Shown: positions 56,942 to 64,000 of the stretch, piece by piece
Layout: each line of letters starts with the position of its first letter
How positions within the stretch are numbered: the first letter of the stretch is position 1
Origin: Candidatus Krumholzibacteriales bacterium
GTDB lineage: Bacteria; Krumholzibacteriota; Krumholzibacteriia; Krumholzibacteriales; WJIX01
Direction of reading: 5' to 3'
Length of the DNA stretch: 64,000 nucleotides
Assembly (NCBI GenBank): GCA_046483305.1
Contig: JAWODM010000062.1
Location: 23,332-87,331, forward strand
The notes under the pieces: model-generated
Told to the model about the DNA's origin: nothing
Seen by the model: only the letters and a program-made list of their open reading frames with translations
Database searches by the model: none
Made by a program: the position numbers and the translations under genes

Positions 56942-59900
56942 CTAATAATTCTTACCGCAACATTTCTTATATTTTTTTCCGCTTCCACATGGGCAGGGAT
57001 CGTTTCTGCCCACTTTGGGCTCATCCTTTACAACCGTCTCTCCCGAGCCTTTCCCGGCCATATCAGAGGTTTTCTCTCTCTGCTTCATCTCTTCTTCGGT
57101 CATCCCCGGCTGCAAAGGGGCTGACTGGTATGCAGTAGCAACTTCGTGAATCCTCTTTCCCTGATCGTTGGCTTTTTCTCTTTCCGCAATCTGTGAATGA
57201 AAGAGCCCCCTGAGGACAGATTTATTTATTTCATCTATCATCCCGGCGAACAGGGAAAATGCTTCCTGCTTGTACTCTATTACCGGATCCTTCTGGGCGT
57301 ATGACCTGAGATGGATGCCTTCCTTCAGATTATCGAGCTTATAGAGGTGATCCATCCATCTGCTGTCGATACTCTGGAGCATGATCATCTTCTCCAGGGA
57401 TGTCATTATCTCCGGCGGTATGGCGCTCTTCCTTATCCGGTAAGCTTCCTTTCCCCTCTGGTAAAGAAGCTCTCTTATTTCATCCATATCTATCTCAATA
57501 TCTTCATCGATATCAATATCCAGCTCAAAAGGAACAATGAAGGTTTCCCTCAGCTCGTTAAGCAGTGGCTCGATCTCCCATTCATCCCGGTAAATTTCCT
57601 CCGGCAGGTATTTCTCCACTACAGAGTCGATATAGTCCTCTATCAGGTCTTCAACCAGTTTGTTGAGGTCATCGCTCCGGAGTATTTCGTTGCGCCTTTC
57701 GTAGATAACCTCCCGCTGTTTGTTCATCACGTCGTCATATTCGAGAAGCCTCTTACGTATTCCGAAGTTGTACATTTCCACCCTCTTCTGCGATTTTGAT
57801 ATAGCCTTGGTGATGAAGGGGTGTTCGATCACCTCATCCTCTTCCAGGCCCAGCCTGTCCATTATTCCGGTCACCCTATCCGATCCGAAGAGACGCATCA
57901 GGTCATCTTCGAGGGATATGAAGAATTTTGAGGCGCCGGGGTCTCCCTGCCTTCCAGCTCTTCCTCTCAGCTGCCTGTCTATTCTCCTGCTCTCGTGCCT
58001 TTCCGTGCCTATTATGTGAAGTCCGCAAGGCACATCCTCTTCGCATCTCTCCTTAAGGCCTCTCTCGTACTGATCGCAGTCGCCGGTTTCCTCGCATCGT
58101 AACGCACAGGTTTCGCATTTCACAATATCTCTATCGAGCTTGATATCGGTTCCCCTTCCAGCCATGTTGGTGGCTATGGTTACCGCTCCCTTCTTTCCGG
58201 CATATGCCACGATTTCTGCTTCCCTGCGGTGCTGTTTGGCATTAAGAACGTTATGCTGAATTCCTTCCCTTTTAAGTATTCTGCTGAGGGTTTCCGAGAA
58301 TTCAACCGATATGGTTCCCACCAGAACCGGGAGGCCCTTCTGGTGAAGTCTTTTGATTTCATTTATTATTGCTCTTATCTTGCCTTTTCTGGTCCTGTAT
58401 ATCTGGTCGTTGTAATCTATTCTGCGAACCGGCCGGTTAGTAGGTATTACATGTACCGGAAGTTCATATATCTTATTGAACTCTTCCTCTTCAGTTTCCG
58501 CCGTTCCGGTCATCCCCGACAGTTTATCGTACATTCTGAAATAGTTCTGAAGAGTTATGGTGGCAAAAGTCTGAGTCTCTTTCTCTACCCTGACCCGTTC
58601 CTTGGCCTCCAGCGCCTGATGCAGGCCGTCGCTGAACCTGCGCCCCGGCATCAGCCTGCCGGTGAACTCGTCTACTATCATGACCTTGTTGTCCTGAACT
58701 ACATAGTCCACATCCTTTTCGAACAGGGAATAAGCCTTCAGAAGCTGATTGAAATTGTGAATCTTGTCATTTTTCTCAGCGTATTTTCTGTATTCCCTGT
58801 CTTTGCGCCTTATTTTTTCCTTTTCCGAAAGGGTCTGGTCCTGATCTATCTGGTGCAGTATCATGCTGAGGTCCGGAAGAACGAACAGTTCTCTCTCCTC
58901 GGAGCTGAGATTATTCCTCCCTTTTTCGGTTAGGTCAACGGTGTTCGATTTTTCGTCCACCACGAAGTAAAGCTCTTCGTCGAAAAGGTGAAGTTTCTTC
59001 TCCCTCATAAGGTCGGTTTCCAGAGTCAGCATCAACTTCTCATATCCGGTTTCCTTTTTCAGTTTGGTGAATCTCTTATTTTTCGGGTCCCCCCTTCTGG
59101 CAAGCAGAAGCGATTCGGCCACCTGGTATTCAGTTTCTTCGTCCATTTCTTCGATATCGATCTTCTTCAAGTCGCTTATCCTGCTGTTTATCATTCTCTT
59201 CTGTTTCATCACCAGTCCTTCAACCCTGTTTCTGAGCAGCTCGAAGTCCTGTCTGGAGGAAGAGCCCGGTACCGGGCCTGAAATTATCAGGGGGGTTCTC
59301 GCCTCATCGATGAGAACTGAGTCAACCTCATCAACAATTGCGAAGTGAAATCCTCTCTGGACCTGCTTTTCGAGCTCCAGCTTCATGTTGTCCCTGAGGT
59401 AATCGAATCCGAACTCATTGTTGGTTCCGTAGGTGATATCGCAGCTGTATTCTTTCTTTCTTTCCTCAGAATCCATTTCATTCTGGAGGTAACCCACTTT
59501 CAGGCCGAGAAATTCATAAATTCCTCCCATCCACTCTGCGTCTCTTCTGGCAAGGTAATCGTTAACCGTAACCAGGTGAGCGCCTTTGCCCTCCAGAGCG
59601 TTCAGGTAGAGCGGCATGGTGGCGGCCAGCGTCTTGCCCTCACCGGTTGCCATTTCGGCCACGGAACCGCGGTGAAGTACTAACGCGCCGGCTATCTGAA
59701 CATCGTAGGGAATCATATCCCACTTCATTTCATGGCCGACAACTTTCCATGTATCCCCCACTCTTCTGCAGCATGCCTCGCACACCAGGGCGAAAGCTTC
59801 ATGCATAAGGTCATCGGTGTTTTCACCGCCGGCTATTCTGTTTCTGAACTCCTCGGTTCTGGCGGGGAAATCCTCATCCCTGAGGTCTCGGTAGGTCTCC

Positions 59901-59995
59901 ATGATTTCCCTGATCCTGTCTATATCTTCACGGAGACTCTTCATCAATCTTTCTTTTCTGTCTCCGAAAACAAGCTGCAGTAATTTCTTGAACAA
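56942..59995 (-). CDS. secA: Preprotein translocase ATPase SecA
   Basis: MATGEGKT, TNNEFGFDYLRDN, DEVDSVLIDEARTPLIISG, ATNMAGRGTDI, GRNDPCPCGSGKKYKKCC. Confidence 0.98.
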   Translation of the reverse strand: MFKKLLQLVFGDRKERLMKSLREDIDRIREIMETYRDLRDEDFPARTEEFRNRIAGGENTDDLMHEAFALVCEACCRRVGDTWKVVGHEMKWDMIPYDVQIAGALVLHRGSVAEMATGEGKTLAATMPLYLNALEGKGAHLVTVNDYLARRDAEWMGGIYEFLGLKVGYLQNEMDSEERKKEYSCDITYGTNNEFGFDYLRDNMKLELEKQVQRGFHFAIVDEVDSVLIDEARTPLIISGPVPGSSSRQDFELLRNRVEGLVMKQKRMINSRISDLKKIDIEEMDEETEYQVAESLLLARRGDPKNKRFTKLKKETGYEKLMLTLETDLMREKKLHLFDEELYFVVDEKSNTVDLTEKGRNNLSSEERELFVLPDLSMILHQIDQDQTLSEKEKIRRKDREYRKYAEKNDKIHNFNQLLKAYSLFEKDVDYVVQDNKVMIVDEFTGRLMPGRRFSDGLHQALEAKERVRVEKETQTFATITLQNYFRMYDKLSGMTGTAETEEEEFNKIYELPVHVIPTNRPVRRIDYNDQIYRTRKGKIRAIINEIKRLHQKGLPVLVGTISVEFSETLSRILKREGIQHNVLNAKQHRREAEIVAYAGKKGAVTIATNMAGRGTDIKLDRDIVKCETCALRCEETGDCDQYERGLKERCEEDVPCGLHIIGTERHESRRIDRQLRGRAGRQGDPGASKFFISLEDDLMRLFGSDRVTGIMDRLGLEEDEVIEHPFITKAISKSQKRVEMYNFGIRKRLLEYDDVMNKQREVIYERRNEILRSDDLNKLVEDLIEDYIDSVVEKYLPEEIYRDEWEIEPLLNELRETFIVPFELDIDIDEDIEIDMDEIRELLYQRGKEAYRIRKSAIPPEIMTSLEKMIMLQSIDSRWMDHLYKLDNLKEGIHLRSYAQKDPVIEYKQEAFSLFAGMIDEINKSVLRGLFHSQIAEREKANDQGKRIHEVATAYQSAPLQPGMTEEEMKQREKTSDMAGKGSGETVVKDEPKVGRNDPCPCGSGKKYKKCCGKNY

Positions 59996-60090
59996 AATAT
60001 ACCTCCATTTCTAACTGAAACTAATATAAGAGGAGGCTTTAATCAACCCTGTAACTCTGATTTGTGACCGCTTGTATAGATTTGCTGACC

Positions 60091-62034
60091 TCAGCCGGAT
60101 ACAACTTCAACGGAGTGAAAGAACCCTCCGTTGGTCCCGAAGAATATCTTTCCGTCGTAATAGAGAGGCGATGAATAAATACGGGATTCTGTCGGGTATT
60201 CAGCCAGCACATTACCCGTGGACAGATCTATGGCGGTCAGTTTGCTTTTATACGATGTAATATAGACAACCCCGTCCTTTAACAGGGGTTTTGATCTTAC
60301 CGCCATGCCGATATCCTGCATCCACTTCATTCTTCCCGCCGTATTAAAACAGTAGACTTTGCCGTCGTCTGTGCCGATTACTATATTATCCCCGTAAGTT
60401 GCCGGGGTGCTTCGTACCTCGTCATTAACTGCATACTGCCATTTCAATACTCCATCACTGAGCCTGAAAGCTGAAATCAATCCCTTAATGGTACCAACTA
60501 CTATCAGGTCTTCTTCCGGTATGCACAGGGGAGTAGCGTATATATCTCTTCCCGGTGTCTCACTCCATATAATCCCGCCATTCCTGTCCAGTTTCTTGAT
60601 AAAACCATCTACTGTAGCCGCAACTATATGATCGCCCTCCGCCCAGATCGATGACCAGATTCCGTCGCCCAGTTTCCTTTTCCACACTTCTTTGCCGGTA
60701 TCAGTATCTATGCAGTGAAGGTCTCCGTTCATGCTGCCCACAAAAAGCAGTTTGCCTATAGACGCCGGGGTGCTGACCACTTTGCTTCCAAGAGGCAGTT
60801 CCCAGACCTTTTCTCCCGTTTCTGTTTCCAGGCAGGCCAGATCCCCCTGATAATCGGCGCAGACAACTCTTCTTCCGGGCACTATCACCGGAGATGAACC
60901 TACCCCCGCGTTGAAGTTATATTTCCACCTGGATGTCCCGTCCCCTGAATAGGAGTAAAGGTATCCGTCCCGGCAACCGAATATTATCCCACTGCCGTCG
61001 GTCGCCGGAGATGATGTTACCGGCCTTTCGAACTTCTTCCTCCAGCTGCGTACCATTTTCAGCTTTATCGAGGCTGCGCTCTGGTCTTCCTGCGATTCAA
61101 CCCGGTTGCCGCCGCTTTTTGCCTGGATGGATTCCTCGCCTGCTTCCGCATCTTCCTGCGCGCCTGATTCATCTGACGGGCCTGCAGCATTATCTGCGGA
61201 GGGTTCCCGTTCAATGTCTTCCTGAGCCGAAAAAAGCAGGTTTTCTCTTCCGGCTTCATCCTGGTCATTACCTCCGAAAGGGTTGAAGAAGATAAATATT
61301 GCTATAATCGCAGCGATGATCCCGGTTATTATCGGAATTGATACATTCATTTTTTTCATTCTATCACTGAACCTTTCTTTTTCGGCAGCCCCGCGTTCAT
61401 CCATATTCCAGTGGATGCCGGGTATGTCGCACTCAGTCTCAAGTTTTATGTTTCCACCCTCTCCTGTTCCGAAAGATGGGAAAAAGACACTGTCCAGAAA
61501 CTCCTCCCGGTACCTGGCCGCGAACTCTTCGGAAGGAACGAACAAAATAGTATGATTTCCGGCCAACCTGTCAATCCTTTTAAGAGAGAAAAGCTCTTCA
61601 GTCGATTTATCGAATAGATCATGCTGTTCAACTCCCCCATTAAGATCAAGGGGCGTGAAAATATCTTCGGAGCCTTCTTCTCTTCCGGAACCGTCCCAGT
61701 GAATAATTTTTACCCCCCGGTTGTGAAGAAGGTGGATACGATCACCCCTTTTTATCATCAGGAGTATAATTGATCCGTTGAATAAATCGGTATCCGGCTC
61801 AACCTTCTCTGAGATTTTATTCATAAATTTGAGGAAGTAATTCCTGGCGGTTCCCATCCTGGAGGTGGATATTGCTTTCCTGAAAAGCCATTTCAGTGTT
61901 TCTCTGCCGGAAGAATCCGCTGACAGGAAGAAAGCAAAGAACTCCTCCTTACTTCTTTTCCGGGGCAGCTCACTGTAAACAAATGCCCTCGTTGAAGCCC
62001 TGCTTCCCGCGCAAACAAAAGATGTCTTTTCCAT
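60091..62034 (-). CDS. Membrane-anchored PQQ/BamB-like beta-propeller protein with degenerate PP2C-like N-terminal domain
   Basis: Single TM IPIITGIIAAIIAIFIFF, acidic linker, repeated SSP/STP...G..W blades; start ATG 62034 behind GAGGTG. Confidence 0.75.
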   Translation of the reverse strand: MEKTSFVCAGSRASTRAFVYSELPRKRSKEEFFAFFLSADSSGRETLKWLFRKAISTSRMGTARNYFLKFMNKISEKVEPDTDLFNGSIILLMIKRGDRIHLLHNRGVKIIHWDGSGREEGSEDIFTPLDLNGGVEQHDLFDKSTEELFSLKRIDRLAGNHTILFVPSEEFAARYREEFLDSVFFPSFGTGEGGNIKLETECDIPGIHWNMDERGAAEKERFSDRMKKMNVSIPIITGIIAAIIAIFIFFNPFGGNDQDEAGRENLLFSAQEDIEREPSADNAAGPSDESGAQEDAEAGEESIQAKSGGNRVESQEDQSAASIKLKMVRSWRKKFERPVTSSPATDGSGIIFGCRDGYLYSYSGDGTSRWKYNFNAGVGSSPVIVPGRRVVCADYQGDLACLETETGEKVWELPLGSKVVSTPASIGKLLFVGSMNGDLHCIDTDTGKEVWKRKLGDGIWSSIWAEGDHIVAATVDGFIKKLDRNGGIIWSETPGRDIYATPLCIPEEDLIVVGTIKGLISAFRLSDGVLKWQYAVNDEVRSTPATYGDNIVIGTDDGKVYCFNTAGRMKWMQDIGMAVRSKPLLKDGVVYITSYKSKLTAIDLSTGNVLAEYPTESRIYSSPLYYDGKIFFGTNGGFFHSVEVVSG

Positions 62035-62186
62035 TTCAACCACCTCGAAAGGTAATTGTAACATCCGCACATTGAAGAAATCAATATTAATGTGTTTGGA
62101 GTTTCCCCAATTTTATAATCTATCAGGTAGTTTAATTATTGGTTTGGTTTGCGGCTGAGTGATTAATTCAAAATCGTTGTCGGTTT

Positions 62187-63788
62187 GTCGAAGCACCCAG
62201 TGGAACACTGGGAACGATCGACATCCCCGGTGCCGAGGACGCCGTCGTCGCCGAGGCGGCGAATAATATCCTCGGCTGGCCAGGTGTGATCGCGATCACC
62301 GTCGCCGCGATGTTTGCGCTCATCAGTACGGCTAACGCGGGAATCCTCTCTGCGTCACGATATCCCTTCGCGATGGCCAGAGACGATCTGGTCCCGTCGC
62401 AGTTTACCGACATCAGCGAGCGGTTTGGCACGCCGTCGAAGGCAGTCATGCTCACCGGTGCGATTATCATGCTGATGATCGCGTTCGTGCCGATCCTCCA
62501 GATCGCCAAACTCGCCTCGGCGTTCCAGATCCTCGTGTTCGTGCTGGTCAACCTCGCCCTGATCGGCTTCCGCGAGGGTGCTGTCGACGACTACGACCCC
62601 GATTTTATCTCGCCGTTATACCCGTGGCTCCAGGTGTTCGGGATCGTGGCCGGACTGGCATTGCTGACGACGATGGGGACGATCCCGATCGTTGGTGCCA
62701 TTGTGATCACCGCCGGTTCGATGGCCTGGTACTACGTGTACGCCCGCAAGCGGATCGGCCGCGAGGGGGCGGCCCGCTCCGGGATCCGACAGGAAGTCAG
62801 CGCCACGGCGCTCGACCGGACCCGTGAGCTTTTCGAGAGTACCCGCGAGTACGACGTGCTGGTCGGGCTTACCGAACGCACTTCCGACCGGGCGAAACGC
62901 GACATGGTCCGCATGGCCGCTGATCTGGGACGGCTCCGAACGACCGTTGTCACCGTTGCGGAGTTCCTCGACGTTCCACATCGCATGTTCCACGAGGATC
63001 ACGCCGAAGTGTACGATCTGGACGAACCGGAATGGATCCGGGACAAGTCGGGTGACCGCCCCGAGTGGCTGCCCGACGGAGCCTTCCGGCCGCCAAAGCG
63101 CACCTCGGGCGGAGTACAGATAGACGCCGAACGGACCGACGATCGCCCAACGACGAAAGTTGAACACAGAGAGATCGACAGCGAGGATCACAAGGAAGCC
63201 ATCGTCGACTACGCCACCTACGATGGCTACGACTTGCTGGTGCTGGAACGCGACCGCACCCAGCTCCACGAGCGCATATTCGGCAACGAGACCGACTGGC
63301 TGCTGAAGAACGCACCGTGTGACGTGATGCTCGTCGAGGACCGGGGCTTCGATGGCGCTGACGAAATCGCCGTCGTCGCCGCCCGCGGAGCGTACGATCC
63401 GATCAAGCTCCTGATCGCCGATGCCGTCGCCGAGGAGACCGGGGCGTCGATCCATCTTATTCAGGCGCTCGGCGAGGACGCCCCCGAGAGCCAGCGCGAG
63501 GACGTCGAACAGTACCACCAGGAGCTCATCTCGATCTGTACGGTCGAGGCCCGCTCGTCGGTTATCGAGACGGACGACCGCGTGGCGGGGCTCGCCCGCT
63601 TTGTCGGCGATGCCGACTTGCTGGTGACGGGCGTGGATAGCAGTGGTCTCAGGAGTCGGCTTTTCGGGAGTCCGAGCAACCAGCTCGTCGAGTCCGTCGA
63701 GTGTGCCGCCGTGATGGTGCAGGGTCACGACAGCACCAGAGCACAGGGACTGCTCGGGCGGGTGCTAATGAACTACGTGTTCCGGTGA
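62187..63788 (+). CDS. 5'-truncated haloarchaeal-type APC amino-acid permease with C-terminal universal-stress-protein-like domains
   Basis: STANAGILSASRYPFAMARD, FGTP, SPLYPW; acidic USP-like tail (APCDV); frame is open only back to TGA 62160-62162, so the N-terminal helices are missing. Confidence 0.85.
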   Translation, partial: VEAPSGTLGTIDIPGAEDAVVAEAANNILGWPGVIAITVAAMFALISTANAGILSASRYPFAMARDDLVPSQFTDISERFGTPSKAVMLTGAIIMLMIAFVPILQIAKLASAFQILVFVLVNLALIGFREGAVDDYDPDFISPLYPWLQVFGIVAGLALLTTMGTIPIVGAIVITAGSMAWYYVYARKRIGREGAARSGIRQEVSATALDRTRELFESTREYDVLVGLTERTSDRAKRDMVRMAADLGRLRTTVVTVAEFLDVPHRMFHEDHAEVYDLDEPEWIRDKSGDRPEWLPDGAFRPPKRTSGGVQIDAERTDDRPTTKVEHREIDSEDHKEAIVDYATYDGYDLLVLERDRTQLHERIFGNETDWLLKNAPCDVMLVEDRGFDGADEIAVVAARGAYDPIKLLIADAVAEETGASIHLIQALGEDAPESQREDVEQYHQELISICTVEARSSVIETDDRVAGLARFVGDADLLVTGVDSSGLRSRLFGSPSNQLVESVECAAVMVQGHDSTRAQGLLGRVLMNYVFR

Positions 63789-63821
63789 ACACAGACGGCA
63801 TAGCGTTTCGCGGTCCGGTTT

Positions 63822-64000
63822 CTACGTCCCGTGGTCCCAGCTGTTCATGTACTCCGCTTGCTCCGCCGACAGTGAGTCGAACTCGACGCCCTCGGCGTCG
63901 AGTTTGATCTCGGCGATCTCGCGATCGAGGTCGTCGGGCACGTCGTGGACGCCGGCGTCGTACTCGTCGCCGTTCTGGGCGATCTCGCGGGCGGCGACGG
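63822..64000 (-). CDS. ahcY: 3' end of haloarchaeal-type adenosylhomocysteinase, cut by the window edge
   Basis: Manual translation ...AGVHDVPDDLDREIAEIKLDAEGVEFDSLSAEQAEYMNSWDHGT*. Confidence 0.88.
   Translation of the reverse strand, partial: VAAREIAQNGDEYDAGVHDVPDDLDREIAEIKLDAEGVEFDSLSAEQAEYMNSWDHGT

Noticed and set aside
46654..64000. Methionine-cycle link between the YitJ-like gene and ahcY
   Set aside because: They are 15 kb apart and on opposite sides of the apparent chimeric junction; I also saw no SAM riboswitch upstream of the YitJ-like gene

Overview
Positions 1 to ~62,185 are a mostly minus-strand, core-genome stretch of a diderm bacterium. LapA/LapB and a BamB-like protein point to a diderm envelope, and the long SecA insertion suggests the FCB superphylum, possibly a Krumholzibacteriota/Latescibacterota-like lineage (inference only). 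Recognisable genes are apt, an RpoS-like sigma factor, an M23 peptidase, surE, gpsA, plsY, der, miaA, mutL, mutS, lapB, lapA, miaB, mtaB, rpsA, ispH, a cmk-plsC fusion, hisC, rluB, scpB, scpA, xerD, uvrC, rpsT, proS, a YitJ-like enzyme, dapF, argF, hslU, hslV, xerC, topA and secA, plus four tRNAs (Arg-CCT, Pro-CGG, Pro-GGG, Gly-CCC). A ~13 kb accessory block separates mutL from mutS. At ~62,185 the sequence switches abruptly, mid-gene, to GC-rich DNA encoding acidic proteins that look haloarchaeal (5'-truncated APC permease-USP gene and the 3' end of ahcY), most likely a contig join or chimera. The best novelty candidate is an unannotated locus at 390-975 beside tRNA-Arg. It holds a 17-aa hydrophobic peptide with a perfect SD, a switchable leader, a long hairpin, and a consensus promoter driving a rod-shaped RNA whose 3' flank is complementary to the peptide's SD and leader (type I toxin-antitoxin-like). 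Other candidates are a GIY-YIG(DUF123)-TudS(DUF523) fusion next to an atypical nitrilase, a six-Cys insert in SecA, a degenerate-GGDEF multi-GAF receptor and a pseudo-PP2C/PQQ-propeller membrane protein. All calls come from motif recognition and by-eye pairing; no searches or folding programs were run.
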